From: a bacterium
GTDB lineage: Bacteria; SM23-31
Direction of reading: 5' to 3'
NCBI GenBank assembly: GCA_028278455.1
Contig: JANQEH010000308.1
Coordinates: forward strand, 13,491 to 77,490
Length of the DNA: 64,000 nt
The translations under genes and the position numbers were made by a program. The notes under the pieces were generated by a model. It was not told the DNA's origin. It did not search any database and saw nothing but the letters and a program-made list of their open reading frames with translations. Position 1 is the stretch's first letter, and every line of letters begins with the position of its first letter. Below are positions 38,533 through 48,108 of the stretch, piece by piece.

Positions 38533-39184
38533 AAATACTTTGGACTGTAATGATATTGTTTTTTTGTTACCAGAACTATCAGGTAAAATGCTCGACGATA
38601 TGGACCGGGAAAAAGTTTTACGGCACCTCGAGAACTGCGCAGAATGCAGGGAAGAATATGCAAAGATTGAGGGATTTCTCGAACATATCCCGGTAAAAAC
38701 CGAAGAGGAACTTGCCCCGCCGGCGGATTTCTTTCCTGATATGTGGCAGAACCTGTATTCAAGAATTCAGGTAGAGGGCCTCAACAGGAAACATAACAGG
38801 ATCAACAGTATCCTGCAGTATATATCATTCCTGTTCTCCCGGAAGACTTATCAGGTTTTGACAGGAGCTGCTATCGTTGTGTTATGCGTTTCAATGTATT
38901 ACTCGATGCAGAGTGACCGGTATACGCCGCAGAAATCTCTTCTATCAGAGTTTATCAGCGGTCTGGGTATCGAGAATACTATGGGTGACTTCACGGTCGA
39001 CCTGGACAACAGGAAAAAGCAGCTCTCTAATGTACTCTCTTTCGGTATAGGTTCAGCCGAAAAACCGATCCAGGAATGGGGAGCGATCCTGAGCAGCGAG
39101 AGACGTCAGAATTTTTACGAGACTCTGACAGATTATCTTGCGGATGCCGTGATAAAACTGGATAAAGGTGAATACAACGAATAG
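38513..39184 (+). CDS. Anti-sigma factor (zf-HC2-type zinc finger, single TM)
   Basis: HLENCAECREEY zinc-binding motif, a central TM helix (…VLTGAAIVVLCVSMYY…), and a position immediately downstream of, and overlapping, the ECF sigma gene. Confidence 0.6.
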   Translation: MNQSRSKNTLDCNDIVFLLPELSGKMLDDMDREKVLRHLENCAECREEYAKIEGFLEHIPVKTEEELAPPADFFPDMWQNLYSRIQVEGLNRKHNRINSILQYISFLFSRKTYQVLTGAAIVVLCVSMYYSMQSDRYTPQKSLLSEFISGLGIENTMGDFTVDLDNRKKQLSNVLSFGIGSAEKPIQEWGAILSSERRQNFYETLTDYLADAVIKLDKGEYNE

Positions 39185-39210
39185 ATAATAACACAGGATA
39201 GAGACTGTAT

Positions 39211-40149
39211 ATGGCTGTAATTGAATGCACAGATGTAAAGAAGACCTACAGGACAGGACTTAGAGGCAGGGTAAATGCGCTCAATGGCGTTGATCTCGAA
39301 GTAAAGGAAGGTGAGATCTTCGGCCTCCTCGGTCCGAACGGAGCAGGCAAGACTACCCTTGTGAAAATCATCCTGAACCTCGTTCACCCTACTGGTGGGA
39401 GCGTCCGGCTCCTCGGAAGTGATGTCGGAGATCACAGGATCAGAACAAAAATAGGCTATCTGCCTGAAAATCCCAACCTGCCGCCGTACCTGAAGGGCGG
39501 TCAGGCCATGGAGCTGTTCGGCAGTCTGTCAGGTCTTGATCCTGCAACAATAAAGGAAAGGTCTGCCGAACTTTTGAAAGAGGTAAAGATGGACCAGTGG
39601 GCTGACAAAAAAACATCGTCATACTCAAAGGGTATGGTCCAGAGGCTCGGACTTGCGCAATCACTTATCAATGATCCTGATGTTCTCTTCCTTGATGAAC
39701 CGACAGACGGTGTCGATCCAATAGGCAGAAGGGAGATCAGGGAAGTCTTGAAGGGCCTTAAGAAAAAAGGGAAAACAATTTTTTTAAATTCCCATCTCCT
39801 TAGCGAGACGGAGATGCTGTGCGATCATGTAGCAATTATGGAAAAAGGCAAAGTTGTTGCCGCGGGCAGCCTGGATGAACTAACAAAAACGTCGAATTAT
39901 TACAAGATAAAGTGCGACAAGATAGATGACGAAACTCTTGAGAAGCTGAAACCCCTTGCCTCAGTTAAATATTCAATAAACGGTGTGTTTGAAGCAAAAA
40001 TTGATAGTGTAACAAAACTAAATGAAGTAATAGACATGCTGAGAAGCGGTGGGCAGTTGATAGAGTCTGTTACTCCGGTCAGGCAGAGTCTCGAATCATA
40101 TTTCGTTGACCTGATAAAAGATGTCAGGGGAGAGGAGAACGGAAAATGA
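39211..40149 (+). CDS. ABC transporter ATP-binding protein
   Basis: Walker A GPNGAGKTT, signature YSKGMVQRLG, Walker B VLFLDEPTDGVD. Confidence 0.9.
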   Translation: MAVIECTDVKKTYRTGLRGRVNALNGVDLEVKEGEIFGLLGPNGAGKTTLVKIILNLVHPTGGSVRLLGSDVGDHRIRTKIGYLPENPNLPPYLKGGQAMELFGSLSGLDPATIKERSAELLKEVKMDQWADKKTSSYSKGMVQRLGLAQSLINDPDVLFLDEPTDGVDPIGRREIREVLKGLKKKGKTIFLNSHLLSETEMLCDHVAIMEKGKVVAAGSLDELTKTSNYYKIKCDKIDDETLEKLKPLASVKYSINGVFEAKIDSVTKLNEVIDMLRSGGQLIESVTPVRQSLESYFVDLIKDVRGEENGK

Positions 40150-40973
40150 AGATACTTGCCATAATAAAAGATACATTCAGGGAGTGCATCGCCAAGAAGA
40201 TCATTCTAAGTTATGCTATAGCCAGTACTCTCGGTATGCTGATTATAAGCTTATTATTCAGTTTCGATATCGTGGGTAATGAGGTAGCGATCTCAACGAT
40301 TTTCGGAGGAAACGAGCAATGGGAATCGATCCGCCAATTTGAAGAGATCATAATTAACCTGGAAGCCGGGATTGCGATAGTAATATTCACTCTTGGGCTT
40401 TTTCTTTCGATCTTTTCAACAGCAGATCTTATCCCGAGCATGATGCTGAAGGGAAGGCTGGACCTTTACCTTTCAAAATCAATATCAAGAGTGCAGCTCC
40501 TGATAGGTAAGTTTACGGGCGCTCTCCTTGTTGTAATACTTAATATTGTGTATGCCATTGTCGGTCTCTGGCTTGTGATAGGGTTGAAGACCGGTATATG
40601 GAATGTCAATTTTCTTTATTCGGGTGTAACGATCATTTTTATGTATACGGTCATATTTACGATTGTTCTCCTGATAGGGCTTTTGTCCAGAAGCACAGCT
40701 GTTATTGTGATAGCAACCTATATGATAATAAGCGCAAGCCCGCTTCTTGCAAACAGGCAGGAGATTTTTCTTCTCCCAATCGCAAGATGGGTTGAACATG
40801 TGCTTGATTTCTTTTACTGGATACTTCCGAAATACTCTGAAACTGCCATTATCACGAAAGATCTTGTCATTGGCGAACCGATCTTCAGCTGGACGCCGGT
40901 ACTCAGCAGCGTTATAATTGGTGTAGTAGTACTGAATCTGAGTATTTATATATTTTCAAGAAAAAGTTTTTAA
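40146..40973 (+). CDS. ABC-2 type transporter permease
   Basis: 4-nt overlap with the ATPase gene, about six TM helices, 275 aa. Confidence 0.65.
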   Translation: MKILAIIKDTFRECIAKKIILSYAIASTLGMLIISLLFSFDIVGNEVAISTIFGGNEQWESIRQFEEIIINLEAGIAIVIFTLGLFLSIFSTADLIPSMMLKGRLDLYLSKSISRVQLLIGKFTGALLVVILNIVYAIVGLWLVIGLKTGIWNVNFLYSGVTIIFMYTVIFTIVLLIGLLSRSTAVIVIATYMIISASPLLANRQEIFLLPIARWVEHVLDFFYWILPKYSETAIITKDLVIGEPIFSWTPVLSSVIIGVVVLNLSIYIFSRKSF

Positions 40974-40996
40974 TTTGTATTGGAAGGATCAATATC

Positions 40997-42001
40997 ATGA
41001 AAGTAAAAAATAGAATGCAAGACGCAGCAATTTCTGCTGTAATGTTTTTCCTGCTTTTTTCCTTTGCAGCATGCAATGAGTATGAGAATACAGCTGATAT
41101 GGAATTGCTAAAGCGTATACCGGATGGGGACTTTATGGTTTTTTCCGCTAAACCGAAAAGTATCATGAATTCGCAGTTTGTGGAAACTGTCATTGATATG
41201 GATGTCGGAATGGAAGATTTTATGCACAGGATCACAAGGTTTGAAAGGGAATTCGGAGTTAATCCAAGAACGGATATAGACAGATTTACCGCATTCAGTG
41301 ATGATTTCAGAGGTATTGAAGAGAATTATGGACTTTTTGTACAGGGAGATTTCCGGGAGTTCGATGCCGAAAGTGTCATCTGGGAGATGCATGCAGAAGA
41401 TACTCTGATTACTATAGCTGCTTTTGAGGTCCACAAACTGACACACCGTAAGAGGTATGAAGACAGGGTACAGTTTATGTATTACGATGACAAAGAGATC
41501 ATAGTAGCCGCAGATTATGATTTTATGGAAAAAATACTTGAACTGAAAAAAGGAACTGGATCGGATATGTCGGCGAATGCGGATTTCATCCGAAAACTTG
41601 ACAGACTAAAGAACAAGAACGATTACTGGTTCGTGATTCCAACCAACCAGCTTATTGAAGATGTGCTTGAAAAAGTAAGAGAAAGGGATCCAAGATTTTC
41701 CGGTGAGATCCTCAGGATAGAGGCTTTTTTGGGAGGATTCAGTATCGGGAATGAACTTAAGAGTAATTTTCAGGCATATAATTCAAACGAAGAACAACTC
41801 GATCTACTGTATAATCTTGCCTACAGTGCCAGGGGATTAGGAGCCCTTGCTCTGGTTGAATTCCCTGAGATAAGGGAAATTCTCAACCGGATCGAAATTA
41901 ATAAATCAACCGGGTATCTTGAGATCATGAGTACACTCACAAAGAATGATCTCGAGATGCTCGATGATCTGCATGGGAGAATGCCGTTTCGTAGACGGTA
42001 G
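40997..42001 (+). CDS. Putative lipoprotein (hypothetical; accessory to the ABC module)
   Basis: Signal peptide plus lipobox-like LFSFAAC. It is an acidic soluble protein and the last gene before a strong terminator. Confidence 0.45.
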   Translation: MKVKNRMQDAAISAVMFFLLFSFAACNEYENTADMELLKRIPDGDFMVFSAKPKSIMNSQFVETVIDMDVGMEDFMHRITRFEREFGVNPRTDIDRFTAFSDDFRGIEENYGLFVQGDFREFDAESVIWEMHAEDTLITIAAFEVHKLTHRKRYEDRVQFMYYDDKEIIVAADYDFMEKILELKKGTGSDMSANADFIRKLDRLKNKNDYWFVIPTNQLIEDVLEKVRERDPRFSGEILRIEAFLGGFSIGNELKSNFQAYNSNEEQLDLLYNLAYSARGLGALALVEFPEIREILNRIEINKSTGYLEIMSTLTKNDLEMLDDLHGRMPFRRR

Positions 42002-42027
42002 TAAATTCAAAAAACGGGGTTTTAATA

Positions 42028-42057
42028 GCCTCCGGTTCTGGTCCGGAGGCTTTTTTA
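42028..42057 (+). terminator. Rho-independent terminator
   Basis: GCCTCCGG-ttctggt-CCGGAGGC perfect 8-bp stem followed by TTTTTT. Confidence 0.8.
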
Positions 42058-42447
42058 TTCCCGGATCTAACATTTAGCAAGAAAACAAAATATGATGTTG
42101 ATGATTGAAAATAGGGAAAATATTCATTATACACGGGTAAGCAGAGGACTTGTCAGCCTGATTCAATGCTTTGCCCTTTACTGCATTCAGTCAATGTCAT
42201 TTATAACTCTTCAATAACCATCTTTTCTAACATTCCCCCAGGCTATATCAATTATCATCGATTCTTTCAGTCATCCCCGTGAAAGCGGGGATCCATTTTC
42301 ACGGAATTCCTAATTAGAAATATTGATTCCTGCTTCCGTACTATTGACAAAATTTAAATTCCGTAATAGAGATACAACGCATCAATATTACAGTAAATTG
42401 TCAATTATTTAAAACTAAAAGAACCAGAAATTATAGAATATTTTGTA

Positions 42448-42512
42448 TATTTATTCAGAAATTTAGAAACAATCACTGGAAAAATCCGTTTATTTATTCA
42501 GATATTTAGAAT
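42448..42512 (+). promoter_or_regulatory. Two 21-nt direct repeats (ATTTATTCAGA[A/T]ATTTAGAA) spaced 44 bp apart, upstream of padR. Candidate PadR operator or promoter elements.
   Basis: Copies at 42448..42468 and 42492..42512 differ at one position. They lie 54-118 nt upstream of the padR ATG. Confidence 0.35.
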
Positions 42513-42565
42513 GAATAACATAAATTTTGTTCATAACTGGAAATAGACATATAAAAGAGGGCAAA

Positions 42566-42898
42566 ATGGAAATTTTAACAAAGCTGGAAGAACTGATCCT
42601 TCTCGCTGTCTGGAAGCTGAAGGAAGAGGCTTATGGTGTATCCATCTACAAACACCTGCAAAAGGTTACCGGTCAAAAGATGTCTGTAGGGAGCGTGTAT
42701 TTTCCTCTGGACCGTCTCGTAAAAAAACGTTATCTGAAAGCTATGAAAGGTGAACCGACGCCAAGACGTGGAGGGATGAGCAAAAGGTATTACCTGCTAA
42801 CGGATGCCGGTCTTAACATCCTGAATGAGACCAAGAAGGTCAATGACACTATGTGGGATGGATATACTGCTTTAAAGGAGAAAAAGGTCAGGATATGA
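42566..42898 (+). CDS. PadR-family transcriptional regulator
   Basis: MEILTKLEELILLAVWKLKEEAYGVSIYKHL…VGSVYFPLDRLVKKRYL is a winged HTH of the PadR family. The start at 42566 is preceded by AAGAGG. The stop lies 1 nt before the first permease gene. Confidence 0.85.
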   Translation: MEILTKLEELILLAVWKLKEEAYGVSIYKHLQKVTGQKMSVGSVYFPLDRLVKKRYLKAMKGEPTPRRGGMSKRYYLLTDAGLNILNETKKVNDTMWDGYTALKEKKVRI

Positions 42899-42899
42899 T

Positions 42900-45494
42900 A
42901 TGAGAAGGCAGCCTAAAATCTCAAGGAATCTCCTTAGATTTTTAATCGACAGGACAGAGCATTATTCACTATATGGGGATATTGAAGAGATGTATAACGA
43001 GACTGCCGTAAATAACGGCAGGTTTTATGCATTTATCTGGTATATGCTGCAGTTAATTAAAGCCATAGCAATTTATATGAATAGATCATTTTTTCAAGGA
43101 ACAATGATGTTCAAGAACTATATAAGAGTCAGCGCAAGAAACCTCATCAGAAACAAAACTTATTCAGTGATAAACATATCAGGCCTTTCTGTCGGGATAG
43201 CATGCTTTATGCTGATTATGTCATTTGTATTCTTCGAATACAGCTACGATAATTTTCATGAGAATGGTGACCGGTTGTATAGAATAGTCGAGTGGCAGAA
43301 CACGGGAGGCAGAAATCCTCAACATGTCGCACTGACAATGGGACCTCTTGCGAAATCGATCAGAGAAGATTTTCCCGAAGTGGAAAGATCTGCAAGGATA
43401 AGACGGACAAGAACTACAGTAAAGATCGATAATAAAATATTTCCTGAGAATAATGTTTTATGGGCATCTCCCGAATTTTTCGAAATGTTCAGCTTCAGAC
43501 TTTTAGCGGGTAACAGGGAAGATGTTATTACCGAACCGGGAACAGCCGTAATTTCTCAGAATGCAGCAGTTAGATATTTCGGTACAACAGAATGCATCGG
43601 AGAGACATTTATAGCATATGATAATGAAGAGTTTAAGGTTACCGGGATTGTTGAAGATGTTCCTGAAAATTCACATCTTTATTTCAATGTAGTACTGTCA
43701 TTCATTACTGTAACAGGAAGGAACGATTTTCTAAATAAGAATTGGGGATTGAATTCACTTTATACTTATATCTTATTAGCCGAGAATACTGATCCCCGTA
43801 ATTTTTCTGCAAAAATGCCCGAATATATCAATTCGAAATTTGAATATCTTCAGAAGGATGAACCTTACTGGAATTATCTCAACCTGAACCTGCAGCCCCT
43901 GGAAGATATTCATTTAAAATCTACTCATCTAAACTATGATCTTAATTACAAAAAAGGTAACCTTGAAAGCATTATAAGTTTAACAGGTGTGGCAATTCTT
44001 GTGCTGATTCTTGCCTGTATGAATTATATCAACCTTTCAACGGCAAAGTCTTCAGTCAGAGTAAAGGAAGTGGGTATCAGGAAAGTAGTCGGTGCCGGCA
44101 GAGGAGGACTGATATCACAATTTCTTGGCGAATCTATTCTTTTAACTGCAATTTCTGTGATTCTGGGTTCGATAATAGTCTATTCAGTTTTTCCGTTTTT
44201 CAGAGAGTATACCGGTAAAGAGATCACGATAGATATTTTTAACCTGAGATCAATTCTACTGTGTTCAATTTCGACATTAATTCTTGGTATTATATCTGGC
44301 TCATATCCTGCTTTCATTCTTAGCTCATTTTCGCCCGGGAATCTATTGAAAAAATCTATGTTTGGGTGGAGAGGCAGGTCATCTATGAGAAAAACCTTTG
44401 TAACTTCCCAATTCGCGATATCCTCAATAATTATTGCATTTACTATGGTGATATTTTCGCAAATCAAATATTTACTTGAAACTGATCCAGGATATAACCG
44501 TGATCATCTTCTGGTTATAGAGCTGAATAATGTGAAATATGATAAGATGAGACCATATATGTCTGAGTTGAGACAAATAAAAGGGATCACAAGTATTTCT
44601 TCTTCATCGAGTGTCCCCGGAGAGGATACACATGAATCCAGTATGCAGATCATTCAGCCGTCCGGGGTAGAGGATATGTCTATCTCTCTGCTGGCAATAG
44701 ATCATAATTTTCTGGATACTTTCGGAATTGAAGTAATAAAAGGAAGAAATTTTTTAAGAGAGTTTACTACAGATACAACGTCAAGTATCATAATAAATGA
44801 ATCCTTCGCAAAATTGTTTAACTGGGATGATCCGATAGATAAGGTGGTCAAACTCAATGGTTCAGATATGAAGGTCATAGGTGTAATAGGTGATTATCAT
44901 TACGAATCCCTTCATCATAATATTGAGCCTTTAGCTGTTATATATTATAGCCCTTACAGAAGCTATATTACTTTAAAAGTTGATAATACAGATTTGTCCG
45001 AGACAATAGGGAAAGTTAAAGAGATCTCTTCAGAAATTGATCCGGATAATCCACTGAAGTACTATTTTCTTGATGAAAGTATCCAGGAGCAATATAGTTC
45101 CGAACAACAATTAGGACAGCTTTTTAAATATTTTTCAGTTCTTGCCGTATTTATAGCTTCTCTGGGGCTCTTTGGCCTTGCAGCTTTTACTGCTGAACGT
45201 AGAACCCATGAGATAGGAGTAAGAAAGGTTCTGGGTGCATCTGGTATCAAGGTATTCTACCTGCTTTCTTCAGAATTTCTATTACTCATCTTCATATCAA
45301 ACATTATTGCCGTTCCGGCAGTTTTTCTATCAGCAGGAAAATGGCTTGATAAATTCGCATACAGGGTAGAACCTGATTGGATAATTTTCACGATACCGGT
45401 AATACTTACATTCATAGCAGCAATAATCTCGGTTGGTTTTCAATCTCTGAAAGCTTCACTTATAAACCCATCAGATAGCCTGAGATATGAATAG
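42900..45494 (+). CDS. Duplicated FtsX-domain permease (MacB-like, ADOP-type 'orphan' permease), paralog 1 of 4
   Basis: 864 aa. An N-terminal ~70-aa conserved cytoplasmic segment (…HYSLYGDIEEMYNE…) is followed by MFKNYIRVSARNLIRNKTYSVINISGLSVGIA (MacB N-terminal TM), a periplasmic domain, an FtsX 4-TM module, a second periplasmic domain, and a second FtsX module ending …SLRYE. Confidence 0.8.
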   Translation: MRRQPKISRNLLRFLIDRTEHYSLYGDIEEMYNETAVNNGRFYAFIWYMLQLIKAIAIYMNRSFFQGTMMFKNYIRVSARNLIRNKTYSVINISGLSVGIACFMLIMSFVFFEYSYDNFHENGDRLYRIVEWQNTGGRNPQHVALTMGPLAKSIREDFPEVERSARIRRTRTTVKIDNKIFPENNVLWASPEFFEMFSFRLLAGNREDVITEPGTAVISQNAAVRYFGTTECIGETFIAYDNEEFKVTGIVEDVPENSHLYFNVVLSFITVTGRNDFLNKNWGLNSLYTYILLAENTDPRNFSAKMPEYINSKFEYLQKDEPYWNYLNLNLQPLEDIHLKSTHLNYDLNYKKGNLESIISLTGVAILVLILACMNYINLSTAKSSVRVKEVGIRKVVGAGRGGLISQFLGESILLTAISVILGSIIVYSVFPFFREYTGKEITIDIFNLRSILLCSISTLILGIISGSYPAFILSSFSPGNLLKKSMFGWRGRSSMRKTFVTSQFAISSIIIAFTMVIFSQIKYLLETDPGYNRDHLLVIELNNVKYDKMRPYMSELRQIKGITSISSSSSVPGEDTHESSMQIIQPSGVEDMSISLLAIDHNFLDTFGIEVIKGRNFLREFTTDTTSSIIINESFAKLFNWDDPIDKVVKLNGSDMKVIGVIGDYHYESLHHNIEPLAVIYYSPYRSYITLKVDNTDLSETIGKVKEISSEIDPDNPLKYYFLDESIQEQYSSEQQLGQLFKYFSVLAVFIASLGLFGLAAFTAERRTHEIGVRKVLGASGIKVFYLLSSEFLLLIFISNIIAVPAVFLSAGKWLDKFAYRVEPDWIIFTIPVILTFIAAIISVGFQSLKASLINPSDSLRYE

Positions 45495-48108
45495 AAATAA
45501 TATGAATAATCCTCCCTGGCTTATAAAAAGCCTTTTGAAAGTCCTGGCAGGTAGAAAAAGCCATTACTCGTATATCGGCGATATTGAAGAGATGTATAAT
45601 GAGATCGCTTTGACAAAAGGCGTGTTTAAAGCGAAAATCTGGTATTATTTTCAGGTCTTAAAGTTTCTAACTATGTATTTCTATGAATCTGTTATTTGGA
45701 GAACAGCTATGTTCAAGAATTATCTGAAGATTGCATTCAGAAATATTTTGAGGCATAAGGGGTACTCATTTATTAATATTGCCGGGCTTTCAGTAGGAAT
45801 GGCGGTCAGTATTCTAATATTCAGCTATATCCGTTTTGAGACGAGTTATGACAGGCATCATTCAAAAGCCGACAGAATCTACAGGGTGACTCTTGATGCT
45901 GATGTGGGAGGGAGGATACTGAATGCCGCTACCTCAAATGCGCCTACAGCAGAACACCTTGTAAAGGATTACCCCGAGGTTTCTAACGCATGCAGGTTCT
46001 GGTATAACGGCAGGGTTACTGTTAATTATAAGGATATCCTATTTGAAGAAGAATCTGTTTTTCATGCGGATAATTCCGTTTTTGATATATTCGATTATGA
46101 AATCACAAAAGGAGACACCAGAAATCCTCTTGTCAAACCTTATACCGTGGTGCTGACCGAAAATATTGCGGATAAATATTTCAGAGACGAAGATCCTGTC
46201 GGGAAAATGATCGTGATTGGTGGAAGCAGGGAATACCTTGTAACAGCAGTAATGAAAGATATTCCCGTAAATTCATATAACAGATTTCAAATGCTAATAT
46301 CACTCGAGACAAGGAATCAGCGTTTTCCAGACCAGATGAAGAGATGGGTTCCGTTCATGTATCACACGTACATACTGCTGGATGAAGATGCAGATTTTAA
46401 ACAGTTCGAGGCAAAACTTCCAGATTTTGTAGACAGATATATGAGCGATATGCTGGAAGCGATAGGGGGATCAGCGACTTTTGGCCTTCAGCCTTTGAAG
46501 AGCATACATCTTAATTCAAACCTGGAGGGTGAGCTGGCAGGAAACAGTGATATCAGGTATATATATCTGCTTTCGATAATAGCTGTTTTTATCATTTGTC
46601 TTGCATGCATTAATTTCATGAATCTTTCAACAGCAAAGTCATCCGGGCGATCCCGGGAAGTAGGTATACGAAAAGTTCTTGGCGCCGAGAAAAAAAGGCT
46701 TGTAAGTCAGTTCATCGGAGAATCTGTGATATATAGTCTCTTTTCTCTGTTATCTGCGTTATTACTGGTAAAGCTTGCTGAACCGTTTTTCAATTCCATT
46801 TCCGGTATCGAGCTTCAACTTGATTATATCATGGAACCTGCATTCATACTGTCTTTTATCTGTTTCGCCGTTTTTACCGGAATATCTGCAGGTAGTTATC
46901 CGGCATTCTTTCTCGCCGCGTTCAAACCTGTTGCAGTATTGAAAAGTAAATTTGCCGGGGGCCGGGAAAACGCCTCGTTTCGTAATTTCCTTGTCGGTTT
47001 TCAGTTTGTAGTTTCCATATCGCTGATAATAGGTTCGATGGTTATCTACAGTCAGCTGAATTATATGAAGAAAAGAAACCTTGGATTTAGCAAAGAGCAG
47101 ATTTTGATTTTGCCGGTCAGGAATTTAGAAATGAGCAGCCTGGAATCTCTTAAAAACGAAATGATGTCGTTTCACGGAGTTTTGGGTGCCGCGGGATCTT
47201 CTTCGATACCGGGTATGGATACAAATGTCGATGTTTTTGTACCGGAAGGTTATTCTGAAGCGAATAAGCATGTAATGATGGCTGTCAGGGTTGATCATGA
47301 TTATCTAACGACTTACGGAATGGAATTGGTTCAGGGCAGGAATTTTAACCAGGATACAGGAACTGATTTGCAGAATGCGGTTATCATTAACGAAACGGCG
47401 GCGGCGAGATTCGGTTGGGATAATGCTGTAGGTAAGGAAATAAAATCATTTACCAACAATGAACTTAACGAATTTCAAGTGCAGACAGTTGTAGGTGTTG
47501 TAAAGGATTATCACCACTATTCTCTCCACAAAGAGATCGATCCTATTCTTATCGACTATAGTTTTACTGAGATAGGACATGTTTCTTTCAAGTTGAGGCC
47601 TGGAATGGAAACCGAAAGCCTGGTTTTTCTGGAGAACAAATGGAAAGAACTTTATCCTGACCGCCCGATTAATAGTTTTTTTCTCGATGATTCATTCAAC
47701 AGGCAGTATAGATTCGATGAGCAATTGGGGAAGCTTTTCTTTTATTTTACTCTTCTGGCTGTATTTATCGCCTGCCTTGGTTTATTCGGATTGTCTTCCT
47801 ACAACGCTGAACAGAGGATCAAGGAGATAGGGATCCGGAAATCTCTTGGGGCAAAAGTTTCAGGAATTCTATATCTACTGAACAGAGAACTTCTAATCCT
47901 TATTACTTTAGCGAATTTGATTTCCTGGCCTATCGCTTTTATACTTCTGGATTTCTGGCTGAGTTCATTTCCGTATCAGGCCGGGATAGATGTCTTAACA
48001 TTTCTATCTGCCGGTGCTCTAACTCTAATTGTCTCATTTCTAACAGTCAGTTTTCAATCGATAAAGGCATCACTCATGAATCCTGTTGACAGCCTGAGGT
48101 ATGAATAA
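45487..48108 (+). CDS. Duplicated FtsX-domain permease (ADOP-type), paralog 2 of 4
   Basis: 873 aa. It has the same architecture and N-terminal motif (HYSYIGDIEEMYNE). It overlaps paralog 1 by 8 nt. Confidence 0.8.
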   Translation: MNRNNMNNPPWLIKSLLKVLAGRKSHYSYIGDIEEMYNEIALTKGVFKAKIWYYFQVLKFLTMYFYESVIWRTAMFKNYLKIAFRNILRHKGYSFINIAGLSVGMAVSILIFSYIRFETSYDRHHSKADRIYRVTLDADVGGRILNAATSNAPTAEHLVKDYPEVSNACRFWYNGRVTVNYKDILFEEESVFHADNSVFDIFDYEITKGDTRNPLVKPYTVVLTENIADKYFRDEDPVGKMIVIGGSREYLVTAVMKDIPVNSYNRFQMLISLETRNQRFPDQMKRWVPFMYHTYILLDEDADFKQFEAKLPDFVDRYMSDMLEAIGGSATFGLQPLKSIHLNSNLEGELAGNSDIRYIYLLSIIAVFIICLACINFMNLSTAKSSGRSREVGIRKVLGAEKKRLVSQFIGESVIYSLFSLLSALLLVKLAEPFFNSISGIELQLDYIMEPAFILSFICFAVFTGISAGSYPAFFLAAFKPVAVLKSKFAGGRENASFRNFLVGFQFVVSISLIIGSMVIYSQLNYMKKRNLGFSKEQILILPVRNLEMSSLESLKNEMMSFHGVLGAAGSSSIPGMDTNVDVFVPEGYSEANKHVMMAVRVDHDYLTTYGMELVQGRNFNQDTGTDLQNAVIINETAAARFGWDNAVGKEIKSFTNNELNEFQVQTVVGVVKDYHHYSLHKEIDPILIDYSFTEIGHVSFKLRPGMETESLVFLENKWKELYPDRPINSFFLDDSFNRQYRFDEQLGKLFFYFTLLAVFIACLGLFGLSSYNAEQRIKEIGIRKSLGAKVSGILYLLNRELLILITLANLISWPIAFILLDFWLSSFPYQAGIDVLTFLSAGALTLIVSFLTVSFQSIKASLMNPVDSLRYE

